Source: Deltaproteobacteria bacterium
Lineage (GTDB): Bacteria; Desulfobacterota; JBBIRW01
Direction of reading: 5' to 3'
Assembly: GCA_037441565.1 (NCBI GenBank)
Contig: JBBIRW010000007.1
Coordinates: 43,297 to 107,296 of the forward strand
Length of the DNA: 64,000 nt
Each line of letters begins with the position of its first letter. Position 1 is the stretch's first letter. Of the stretch, positions 29,859 to 38,824 are shown piece by piece. Made by a program: the position numbers and the translations under genes. The notes under the pieces were generated by a model, which was given only the letters and a program-made list of their open reading frames with translations, was not told the origin of the DNA and searched no databases.

Positions 29859-30484
29859 TTTTCATGATTAGTATTACTTCTTTCTCTGTTGAAAAACACA
29901 CTGATTATACTGGTTCAAAGATCGGTATGTGGTTATTTCTATTCACAGAAATGCTTCTTTTTGGGGGTCTCTTTCTCATTTATTCCACATACAGGGCAAA
30001 GTATCCCATCTCCTTCCATGTTGCAGCAAAAGATCTTAACATACAGATAGGTACGCTAAATACAATACTTCTTCTTACAAGCAGTCTCACAATGGCTATA
30101 TCGATATTATCAATAAAAAATGGAAGTAGAAGAGGGTCTGCTTCCTTTCTCATGATTACTATCATTTTCGGACTTTTATTCCTTTTCAACAAATACTTTG
30201 AATGGGGAGAAAAGATTGCGCACGGTATCTATCCGGGATCAGAAGCACTCTCCGTTATAGATTCATCCATTGTCCTTTTTTACAATCTATACTTTGTTAT
30301 GACAGGGCTTCATGCCTTACATGTCCTTGCGGGGATCTTCGTGCTTTTCATAATGTTTGTTTTACTCCTTAAGAAAAATATAAACAGGCATGATTTTGTC
30401 AAACTTGAAAATACAGGGCTATACTGGCATTTTGTAGATATAATCTGGATATACCTCTTTCCCCTTTTTTATCTGATAACATGA
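29855..30484 (+). CDS. ctaE: cytochrome c oxidase subunit III
   Basis: 209 aa polytopic protein with subunit-III C-terminal motif (LYWHFVDIIWIYLF); 4-nt overlap with subunit I. Confidence 0.8.
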   Translation: MIFMISITSFSVEKHTDYTGSKIGMWLFLFTEMLLFGGLFLIYSTYRAKYPISFHVAAKDLNIQIGTLNTILLLTSSLTMAISILSIKNGSRRGSASFLMITIIFGLLFLFNKYFEWGEKIAHGIYPGSEALSVIDSSIVLFYNLYFVMTGLHALHVLAGIFVLFIMFVLLLKKNINRHDFVKLENTGLYWHFVDIIWIYLFPLFYLIT

Positions 30485-30774
30485 GGTTTGCTATGCAAAA
30501 CAAGAGAAATGAAGCAGGTTTTTTGACATATCTTTTTGTGTGGATATCTCTCATTGTTCTCACTGCATTTACAGTTACAGTCGCGGCTCTTAATCTCGGA
30601 AAAATTGCTGTTCTCACAGCGCTATCAATTGCATCATTCAAATCGTTGATGGTTCTTAACTTCTTTATGCATCTGAAATATGAGGATCGTCTATTCCATT
30701 TCATGCTCCTTCTCTCTGTTATTACCCTTTCGATAATTATAGGATTCACATTTTTTGACATCTCTTTCAGATAG
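30481..30774 (+). CDS. cytochrome c oxidase subunit IV (bacterial small subunit)
   Basis: 97 aa, three TM helices; position between subunits III and II; 4-nt overlap. Confidence 0.6.
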   Translation: MRFAMQNKRNEAGFLTYLFVWISLIVLTAFTVTVAALNLGKIAVLTALSIASFKSLMVLNFFMHLKYEDRLFHFMLLLSVITLSIIIGFTFFDISFR

Positions 30775-30782
30775 GGTTAATT

Positions 30783-31391
30783 ATGGAAAATTTTGCAGAA
30801 AGAGTAGATAACACATTCTTCTACATAGCTGGTATCTCAGTTTTTCTTCTCTTTTCCATCACAGTTTTCATGATCTACTGTCTTATCAGGTTCAACAGAA
30901 GGAGAAATCCGATGCCCGCTGATATCTCGGAAAATCTCTACCTCGAGATAGCATGGACAATTATCCCGATAATCCTTGTACTGTCCATGTTCTATTATGG
31001 ATGGACAGGATACAGGGTTCTGGGTAAAATACCCGAAGGATCGATGGATGTAAATGTTACGGCACGCATGTGGTCATGGACATTCAGGTACGAAAATGGA
31101 AAAGAAAGCGACCAACTTTATGTGCCAGCTGGCAAGCCAGTAAAATTAACGATCACATCAATGGATGTAATCCACTCCCTATATATACCCGCCCTAAGAA
31201 TAAAACAGGATGCAGTCCCCGGTATGAAAACGCACCTCTGGTTTAAAGCAGACATAAAGGGAGAATACGATATATTATGTGCTGAGTACTGTGGTCTCAG
31301 GCACTCCTATATGCTATCAAAGCTTATTGTTATGCCTGAAGAGGATTTCGTAAAATGGTATGATGGCAGGGATATTAAAAAATTAAAATAG
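30783..31391 (+). CDS. ctaC: cytochrome c oxidase subunit II (CuA, no fused cytochrome c)
   Basis: 202 aa; two TM helices plus cupredoxin domain with CuA ligands (VIHSLYIP, CAEYCGLRHSYM). Confidence 0.85.
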   Translation: MENFAERVDNTFFYIAGISVFLLFSITVFMIYCLIRFNRRRNPMPADISENLYLEIAWTIIPIILVLSMFYYGWTGYRVLGKIPEGSMDVNVTARMWSWTFRYENGKESDQLYVPAGKPVKLTITSMDVIHSLYIPALRIKQDAVPGMKTHLWFKADIKGEYDILCAEYCGLRHSYMLSKLIVMPEEDFVKWYDGRDIKKLK

Positions 31392-31394
31392 GGA

Positions 31395-32705
31395 TTGAAT
31401 TTCGATCTGCTTTTAGAATATAAAATCCTAATGATGCAGGATTATCTCGCTGTTATCAAAGCTGAACATATAGAAACGCTTCGATATATTTCGACAGTTG
31501 CATTTGTTATCTTCTACCCCTTCATATCCATTATTCTCGGATATTTGATCCTCTCCTTCCTTTTCCTTCTCAGGGGGAGGGGAACCAATCACTTCTCATC
31601 CGAACTAACTTCATCCATAATACATACCATTACAAAGAGCAAGGGTCTTCTGTTTCTTGCAGGACTGCTTCCACCACTTACTGCATCCCTCGTTTTTATT
31701 GAAACAGGTCTTATGGAGAATAAGCATCTCGTTAATCTCTCATTACTCTCCCATATCCTTCTCTTCATTTCATTCATGTTTCTTTATCTTTATCGATCAA
31801 CAATAAACTTTATTCGCACAAAACCCGCAATCACACTCCTGTCATCTATCTTTTCAATCCTGACACTGCTTTTTTCCCTTTATATCCTCTCGTCTGTTCT
31901 TTCATCAGTATCAAACAGAGAAAAGGCTAATCTATTTTTGAATGCCATTGATCCGCTTATATCATGGAATGCCGTTGTAAGATACCTGAGGATTATTGTT
32001 CTTGCGCTTTCATTTGCTTTTTCGACCTTTATAGTTTTTTTTAAATATTTTTATAAAAGTAAAACAGTGGATGATCCTTCCCTCAGAAATGCCATAATCT
32101 ATTCCTCACTCGTATTGCTTATCCTTATACCTCCGCTTTCCCTATGGTATATCTATACCCTCCCTGAGCCTTCCCTATCACCTTTTATATTTCTGTTATC
32201 AATAATCTTAACGATTGCATCCTCTATCATTATATGGCTCCTTTACAGCTGCCTTGATGGAATAAAATCGAAATACAAATATAGCATACTCATCCTTTTC
32301 ATATTGCAGTTTATGTTTATTTCAGGTATGGAATATATCGAAAGAGAAACATCACATAGAGAAAATACCATGTTATTATTATCAAAAGCACAGGTTGTTA
32401 AAGAAGGGATAAGGACTGAAAAGAAAAAAGTTGAGATGGATGAGAAGGCAACCCTTGAAAAGGGGGAGAAGGTTTTCAAAACGGTTTGCTCAGCCTGTCA
32501 CAGCTTCACTCAAAGGGTTGTTGGTCCTCCTTTAAATGCTGTTATTCCATCTTACAGGAATAAGGTTGATGAGCTAAAAAACTTCATAAAGAATCCTGTG
32601 AAAAAAGATCCCTCCTATCCTCCAATGCCGAATCTGGGACTTCCAGATGATGAAATAGAGGCTGTCTCATTATATCTCCTGAAGGAGATAGGAGAGAAAA
32701 AGTAG
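31395..32705 (+). CDS. polytopic membrane protein with C-terminal monoheme cytochrome c domain
   Basis: 436 aa; about 8-10 TM helices, then a soluble C-terminus with CSACH heme-binding motif and PPMP (likely Met ligand). Start uncertain. Confidence 0.6.
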   Translation: MNFDLLLEYKILMMQDYLAVIKAEHIETLRYISTVAFVIFYPFISIILGYLILSFLFLLRGRGTNHFSSELTSSIIHTITKSKGLLFLAGLLPPLTASLVFIETGLMENKHLVNLSLLSHILLFISFMFLYLYRSTINFIRTKPAITLLSSIFSILTLLFSLYILSSVLSSVSNREKANLFLNAIDPLISWNAVVRYLRIIVLALSFAFSTFIVFFKYFYKSKTVDDPSLRNAIIYSSLVLLILIPPLSLWYIYTLPEPSLSPFIFLLSIILTIASSIIIWLLYSCLDGIKSKYKYSILILFILQFMFISGMEYIERETSHRENTMLLLSKAQVVKEGIRTEKKKVEMDEKATLEKGEKVFKTVCSACHSFTQRVVGPPLNAVIPSYRNKVDELKNFIKNPVKKDPSYPPMPNLGLPDDEIEAVSLYLLKEIGEKK

Positions 32706-32714
32706 GAGAGGAAT

Positions 32715-33227
32715 GTGAGAAGATCCCTTGTTCTTGCAACCATTTCATGCTATGCATCGATCTTCTCCATCATATTTTTATCAATAGGCTATTATAACTA
32801 TTACCATGATGGGCCACCCATTCAGCCCATCGCCTTCAGCCATCGTATACATGTTGCAAAGGTTGGCCTTCCCTGCAACTTTTGCCATGTTTATGCTGAT
32901 AAATCAAAAAATGCCGGAATCCCTCATATCCAGAAATGCATGGATTGTCACAGGGCTGTTGCTGTAGAAAAGCCTGAAATAAAGAAACTTACTTCATACT
33001 GGGAACAGCGTAAACCCATAGAATGGATCAAGATTTACAAACTTCCCGATCATGTTTATTTTTCACATAAGAGACATATAAAGAAGGGGGTAGAATGTTC
33101 ACAGTGCCATGGTGAAGTACAGGTCATGGACAGGGTAAGAAGGGTAAGAACTTTAAAGATGGGGTGGTGTGTGAGATGTCACAGGGTAAATGATGCACCA
33201 ACTGATTGTCTCACATGCCATAAATGA
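32715..33227 (+). CDS. actA: Alternative Complex III subunit ActA (pentaheme cytochrome c)
   Basis: 170 aa; N-terminal TM helix and five CxxCH motifs (CNFCH, CMDCH, CSQCH, CVRCH, CLTCH). Confidence 0.8.
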   Translation: MRRSLVLATISCYASIFSIIFLSIGYYNYYHDGPPIQPIAFSHRIHVAKVGLPCNFCHVYADKSKNAGIPHIQKCMDCHRAVAVEKPEIKKLTSYWEQRKPIEWIKIYKLPDHVYFSHKRHIKKGVECSQCHGEVQVMDRVRRVRTLKMGWCVRCHRVNDAPTDCLTCHK

Positions 33228-33239
33228 ACGGAGTGTTAT

Positions 33240-36056
33240 ATGAATAGAAGAAACTTCATGAAGTTCCTTGGCTTCATTACAGGATCAACATTTCTTTCAT
33301 CATGTGGCATTGACAAAGGTTTAAGAAAAATCATATCTTATGCCATACCACCAGAAAAGGAGATCATACCTGGTGAGCCATTATTTTTTAACACAACCTG
33401 CACAGAATGCCCTGCCCTCTGCGGGATTCAGGTTAAGGCATATGAAAAGATCTTTGATACGGAAAGGGGTATCTACCCTGTAAAGCTTGAAGGTATACCG
33501 GATCATCCCATCAATTATGGCACACTATGTATAAGGGGTCAGGCATCCATAACACGACTCTACAATCCCCATCGTATAAAAGATCCCTTAATTAAGGAAA
33601 GGGATGGAGTTTTCAGATCGATAAGCTGGGATCAAGCATTCCAGACCATAATTTCAGAAATCGAAAAACATAAAGCCGAGAAAAGATATAACTTCTTCAT
33701 TTCATCAAGAACAACGGGTTCCCTCTCATTACTTATTGATGAATTCTGTCACGAATTCAATATAAAGAGACTTCCGGAATTTGAAATATATAATTATTCT
33801 GCAATCAGAAAAGCAAACTCATTCCTTTTCGGAAAATATTCAATACCTCATTACAACATAAAGGACGCTGATTTTCTTTTAACAATGGGTGCTGATATTT
33901 TTGAGACTTTTATCAGTCCTGTTTCACACGCAGTTCAATTCTCTATTGCACGGAAAAACAATAATCTAAAGTGGTTTCATGTTGAACCACATCTTTCATT
34001 AACAGGAATATGTTCTGATAAAAGATTTACAATCAATCCTGGAACAGAAATATATCTTCTTATTTATATCCTGACTTCTATTCAAAAAAGAAAAATAAGC
34101 AGCAACATTCCTGCTTCAGTTGGTCAATTAATTCCCTCTCTGCCTTTGGATATTCTGAAAGAAAAAACAGGGCTAAAAGAGGAAGAAATCCTTCTCATAA
34201 GGGATGCTTATCTTAATTCAAAAAGACCCCTCATTATAACAGGTGGCGTCTCAACCAGAAGTGGCAGTGGATTCGAAGTGGCTGTTCTCTCAGGATTAAT
34301 CAATTGGGCTTCCGGATCTATCGGTAGCCTTGTTGATTTCAGCAGAGAAGAGAACTACTTAAGGGTAGGAACAATAGAGGAATTTGTTAATTTCCTTAAA
34401 ACAATTGATGAGAATAACACAGGTTTGCTCTTTCTCCTTAAAACAGATCCTGTTTCCATCTTTCCTCAGCATCTTGGAGTTAAAGAAAAACTCATCAGGG
34501 CGAGATTTAAGGTCTCCCTTTCGGACTCATTCAATGAGACAACAAAAATTTGTGATCTTATCCTCCCCCTTTCTCACTCTCTTGAATCGTGGGGAGATGC
34601 AAATCCAAGAAGAGGACTTGTTAATCTCATCCAGCCTGCAACAAAAACAATTTTCAATACAAAATCGCATGGTGACATAATTATCGAGATTATGAAAAGA
34701 AAGGGAAAAGTTGTTTCTGAAGATTTTAAATCCTTTGTTATGAGTAATTATCAGAAAAGATATGGAAAAGATTCATTAAATATGTTTATTGAAAAAGGCT
34801 TTCATGAAGAAAACCCCTCCCCTGTAAGGGTATCATTCAACGAAGAGAATGCGCAACTGTTCTTGAGGAAGCTCAAATATCCTGAAGCTATGAAAACTCC
34901 CCTTCTTATTCTTTCTCCTTCGTTGAGGTTTTTTGATGGAAGATCTTTTGATCTTGAACTCTTAAAAGAAATCCCGGATCCTTTAAGCACGATATCCTAT
35001 GGGAGCTGGATCTCCCTTTCAGAGGAGACAGCAAAAAAATTGAACATCTCAGAAAGGGATGAGCTCGAAATTACTAAGGACCGATGGTCTATAAGAGTTC
35101 CTGCAAAGATTCAGAAAGGTATAGGAAAGGATATATTTATCGTCCAGATCGGAGGACCGATAAATTATAGTGGCATGACCGATCCCAGAAGCGGTGAAAT
35201 CCTCTCATACATTGAAGGTATAAATATAAGAAAAACGGGAAAGAATGTTTCCATACCAATCCTTTCAGGCTCAATGTCACAGGAAGGAAGGGGTATAATA
35301 CCTTATCCCATACATAGAACTGAAAATAATAAAAAACACAAAGAGAGTTTATATCCTGAACATAAACATGAAAATTACCGATGGGCTATGACTATAGATC
35401 TCGATCTCTGTATAGGATGCTCGGCATGTGTTGCTGCATGTTATATTGAGAACAATGTTCCTATTGTAGGGATTGATGAACATCTCAAAGGAAGAGAGAT
35501 GTCCTGGATCAGGGTCGAGCCATTTTATGATGAAAAGGATGGAATAAGATTCCTGCTCATGCTATGCCAGCAATGTGATTATGCTCCGTGTGAACCTGTC
35601 TGCCCTGTTTATGCAACATATCATAATCCTGAAGGAATAAATGCACAGGTCTATAACAGATGTGTTGGAACAAGGTACTGCTCAAATAACTGTCCGTATA
35701 AGGTCAGAAGATTTAACTGGTATCCTCATGAATGGGAATTCCCAAGGGACAGGATGTTAAATCCTGAGGTATCAGTAAGACAGGCAGGCGTAATGGAAAA
35801 GTGCACATTCTGCATACAACGTATAAGAAGAGCACATGATATCGCAAAGGATGAAGGCAGGTCCATAAGGGATGGTGAAGTAATGCCTGCATGTGCCCAG
35901 ACATGCCCCACCCGTGCAATTACATTTGGTAATATTCTTGATAAGAATTCATCTGTATATAAGCTTTCAAAGTCCGACCGTTCATATCGCATCTTTGAGC
36001 AACTCGGAACAGAACCATCGATATATTATCTTGGAAAGAGGAGAGGAGATGAATAA
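33240..36056 (+). CDS. actB: Alternative Complex III subunit ActB (molybdopterin-oxidoreductase-like + FeS domains)
   Basis: 938 aa; twin-arginine signal (RRNFMKF), large molybdopterin-like domain, C-terminal 4Fe-4S ferredoxin domains (CIGCSACVAAC, CQQCDYAPCEPVCP). Confidence 0.85.
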   Translation: MNRRNFMKFLGFITGSTFLSSCGIDKGLRKIISYAIPPEKEIIPGEPLFFNTTCTECPALCGIQVKAYEKIFDTERGIYPVKLEGIPDHPINYGTLCIRGQASITRLYNPHRIKDPLIKERDGVFRSISWDQAFQTIISEIEKHKAEKRYNFFISSRTTGSLSLLIDEFCHEFNIKRLPEFEIYNYSAIRKANSFLFGKYSIPHYNIKDADFLLTMGADIFETFISPVSHAVQFSIARKNNNLKWFHVEPHLSLTGICSDKRFTINPGTEIYLLIYILTSIQKRKISSNIPASVGQLIPSLPLDILKEKTGLKEEEILLIRDAYLNSKRPLIITGGVSTRSGSGFEVAVLSGLINWASGSIGSLVDFSREENYLRVGTIEEFVNFLKTIDENNTGLLFLLKTDPVSIFPQHLGVKEKLIRARFKVSLSDSFNETTKICDLILPLSHSLESWGDANPRRGLVNLIQPATKTIFNTKSHGDIIIEIMKRKGKVVSEDFKSFVMSNYQKRYGKDSLNMFIEKGFHEENPSPVRVSFNEENAQLFLRKLKYPEAMKTPLLILSPSLRFFDGRSFDLELLKEIPDPLSTISYGSWISLSEETAKKLNISERDELEITKDRWSIRVPAKIQKGIGKDIFIVQIGGPINYSGMTDPRSGEILSYIEGINIRKTGKNVSIPILSGSMSQEGRGIIPYPIHRTENNKKHKESLYPEHKHENYRWAMTIDLDLCIGCSACVAACYIENNVPIVGIDEHLKGREMSWIRVEPFYDEKDGIRFLLMLCQQCDYAPCEPVCPVYATYHNPEGINAQVYNRCVGTRYCSNNCPYKVRRFNWYPHEWEFPRDRMLNPEVSVRQAGVMEKCTFCIQRIRRAHDIAKDEGRSIRDGEVMPACAQTCPTRAITFGNILDKNSSVYKLSKSDRSYRIFEQLGTEPSIYYLGKRRGDE

Positions 36057-37362
36057 GGCGATTTCCAAAGCCATTGAGTTTCGTTACCGGATTGAAAAGG
36101 ATGTTCTCGCTGCAATGAAGAAACCCCATATCCAGTACTGGATCTTCCTTTTTATCTCAGTCATCTTGTTTGTAACTGGCATGTCCCTCTGGTACTACCA
36201 GATAAAAACAGGGATGGGTGTCTCCGGTAAAACGCATCCTGTCGGATGGTACATGTATATAACAAATTTTGTATTCTGGGTTGGAATCGCCCATTCAGGA
36301 ACACTTATATCAGCTGTTCTTTTTCTATTCCGGGCAGGATTCAGGAGCAGTTTCAACAGATCTGCAGAAGCAATGACCGTCTTTGCCATTATGACTGCAG
36401 GGCTCTTCCCCATAATACATCTTGGAAGACCATGGCTTTTCTACTGGTTGCTTCCATACCCGAATGAGAGGCTACTCTGGGTTAACTTCAGATCACCGCT
36501 TATATGGGATGTCTTCGCTGTTGGGACATATTTTACGGTAAGTCTTATCTTCTTTTATGTTGGTATGATTCCCGATCTTGCCATTGCAAGGAGATATGCA
36601 ACAGGATGGAAGAGGCGCCTGTACTCCTTCCTTTCACTCGGATGGCAGGGAACACCGGATCAATGGAGGCACTATAACAGACTATATATGTTTCTTGCAT
36701 CATTTGCAACTCCGCTTGTTGTTTCAGTCCACTCTGTTGTTTCATGGGATTTCGCTATGAGCATTATCCCAGGATGGCATACAACCATATTTGCCCCATA
36801 TTTTGTTGCAGGTGCTATATTTTCTGGAACAGCGATGGTAATAACGCTTGTTGTTCCAATGAGAAAGTTTTTTTCCCTTGAAAAATATATAACTTTAGAT
36901 CACTTTGATAGCATCGCTAAAATATTACTTCTTACATCTCTCATAGTGAGCTATTCATATATCGTGGAATTCTCCATGGCATTTTATGGTGGAAATATAT
37001 TCGAAATGGAAGTATTCAGGTACAGGGCATTTGGTGATTTCTGGATATTCTTCGCCATAATGATTATATGCAACTCCATTATTCCCCTCTTTCTATTCAT
37101 AAGAAAGCTAAGAAGAAATATAAAATTTCTTTTCATATCATCCCTTTTTGTTAATGTGGGTATGTGGATGGAAAGATTCGTAATCATAGTTACTTCCCTT
37201 TCCAGAGACTTTGATCCTTACGCATGGGGACTTCCATCATTCAGCACTGTTGCTATAGGAATCACGCTTGGCAGTTTCGGAATGTTTTTCATGCTTTTTC
37301 TTATATTTGTAAAGGTCCTTCCAATCCTTTCCATTACAGAATTAAAAGAGGTTCACGAATGA
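36049..37362 (+). CDS. actC: Alternative Complex III subunit ActC (NrfD/PsrC-like membrane subunit)
   Basis: Polytopic NrfD-like protein; start set at internal ATG 36049 (MNKAISKA), 8-nt overlap with actB; the track ORF begins at 35893 inside actB. Confidence 0.8.
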   Translation: MNKAISKAIEFRYRIEKDVLAAMKKPHIQYWIFLFISVILFVTGMSLWYYQIKTGMGVSGKTHPVGWYMYITNFVFWVGIAHSGTLISAVLFLFRAGFRSSFNRSAEAMTVFAIMTAGLFPIIHLGRPWLFYWLLPYPNERLLWVNFRSPLIWDVFAVGTYFTVSLIFFYVGMIPDLAIARRYATGWKRRLYSFLSLGWQGTPDQWRHYNRLYMFLASFATPLVVSVHSVVSWDFAMSIIPGWHTTIFAPYFVAGAIFSGTAMVITLVVPMRKFFSLEKYITLDHFDSIAKILLLTSLIVSYSYIVEFSMAFYGGNIFEMEVFRYRAFGDFWIFFAIMIICNSIIPLFLFIRKLRRNIKFLFISSLFVNVGMWMERFVIIVTSLSRDFDPYAWGLPSFSTVAIGITLGSFGMFFMLFLIFVKVLPILSITELKEVHE

Positions 37363-37814
37363 AAAAGGAATATCTGTTTGAAGACAAACACGAATTTGTC
37401 GAAAAATTGAAAGATCTTTTAAAAAAGGGGGTGCCTGTTGATCGAATGCAAATATACCTCCCTTTCCCTGTCGAAGAAGTAGAAGAGATTCTTGGAAGAC
37501 CGGTTAGTAAACTGAATTTCATTACCCTTCTCGGTGCAATCACTGGAACTATTACGGGCTTCGGATTCACAGCTTATACAGTTTTAAGCTGGCCTCTTAT
37601 AACGGGAGGAAAGCCACTGATATCCATCCCTGCATTTGTTATTATAGCATTTGAATTGACAATTCTTTTTGGATCGATCACATCGTTTCTCGGATTCCTT
37701 TCACTCTCACGCCTCCCTGATATTAGAAGGATTCTGAATCCCATGGAATTTGACAACAGATTTGCAATAGTGATAGATGATGGAGAAGATGATGGAAAAA
37801 GGGATGAGGATTAA
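37359..37814 (+). CDS. actD: Alternative Complex III subunit ActD-like small membrane protein
   Basis: About 151 aa from internal ATG 37359 (MKKEYLFEDK), ATGA overlap with actC; one or two TM helices; position matches ActD. Confidence 0.6.
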   Translation: MKKEYLFEDKHEFVEKLKDLLKKGVPVDRMQIYLPFPVEEVEEILGRPVSKLNFITLLGAITGTITGFGFTAYTVLSWPLITGGKPLISIPAFVIIAFELTILFGSITSFLGFLSLSRLPDIRRILNPMEFDNRFAIVIDDGEDDGKRDED

Positions 37815-38811
37815 CCATTACTTCTTATATCTCTTTATTGGTGGATTTTTTATTGTTGCTGTTGAGTTTTTTGCAGGAATAACAAAGGGTTCACTTCTCT
37901 TCACTCTTTCGTATTGGATTGCCATCACTCATGGCTGCATTGCACTTGTTACAGCAGCTAATATTGCAAAGGCTAAATGGATAACTCCACTAAAGAGATA
38001 CCTTCTTTCCGTTTACCCGTTGCTATTGCTTCACTCAATCCTTTTTCTTTTTGTTACTTATGAGCTGGATATATATCCATGGGTTAAAAGTGAAGGATTA
38101 TGGTTAAACAGGCCATTCTTTATAGCAAGAAACTTCTTCCTGCTCTTTCTTTCCTTTTTATCTGCACGAAAATTCTCCAAGGAATCATTAATTGATAGTG
38201 AAAGAAAAAACATCTATGGCTCAATTTATATCGCATTCTTTGTTGCATCACAATCAATGATTGCATTCGACTGGATAATGTCTCTCGAATATCCCTGGTA
38301 CAGCACACTCTTTGGAGGTTATTTTTTCATTGAATCCATATACTCCGGTATTGCAATTTCAGGGATTGTATGTCTATTTCTTATGAGAAAAACTGGGAGC
38401 CAAATCAGTGAAGACCTGGTCAAGACTTTGAGGGATATTGCTACACTAATTTTCGGGTTCAGCTTACTCTGGGCAGGGCTTTTCTATGCGCAGTTCCTTG
38501 TTATCTGGTATGGAAACATTCCTGAGGAGGTAAGCTTTCTGTTTGTAAGGACTAAATTATCACCTTACCGGGAAATCTCGCTTGTTATACTCCCCTCACT
38601 ATTCTTCTTCCCCTTTCTAACACTCCTTTCAAGAAAGACAAAAACGATCCCATTGATCGTCTCAATTATATCGGTATCGATACTTATGGGTATATTTCTT
38701 GAAAGACTGCTATTCCTCCTTCCATCCGTTAAGCTAAATCCTGTAAAGGTAATCTCTCAATCAATCATTATGGCAGCACTGATTATTCTAACGATCAAGA
38801 GAAATAATTAG
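37777..38811 (+). CDS. actF: Alternative Complex III subunit ActF-like polytopic membrane protein
   Basis: 344 aa, about 9 TM helices, immediately after actD; assigned by position and topology only. Confidence 0.55.
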   Translation: MMEKMMEKGMRINHYFLYLFIGGFFIVAVEFFAGITKGSLLFTLSYWIAITHGCIALVTAANIAKAKWITPLKRYLLSVYPLLLLHSILFLFVTYELDIYPWVKSEGLWLNRPFFIARNFFLLFLSFLSARKFSKESLIDSERKNIYGSIYIAFFVASQSMIAFDWIMSLEYPWYSTLFGGYFFIESIYSGIAISGIVCLFLMRKTGSQISEDLVKTLRDIATLIFGFSLLWAGLFYAQFLVIWYGNIPEEVSFLFVRTKLSPYREISLVILPSLFFFPFLTLLSRKTKTIPLIVSIISVSILMGIFLERLLFLLPSVKLNPVKVISQSIIMAALIILTIKRNN

Positions 38812-38824
38812 ATTTTGTGCTTGT

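Noticed and set aside
35893-36048. N-terminal extension of the ActC track ORF overlapping actB
   Set aside because: The extension overlaps the actB C-terminal FeS domain; an internal ATG at 36049 gives an 8-nt overlap and a sensible NrfD-like N-terminus. The same logic moved the starts of actD (37359), porA (51182), porB (52365), ctaB (45582), bfr (24717), the ABC permease (57708) and rrf2 (50138, the track start is TTG).
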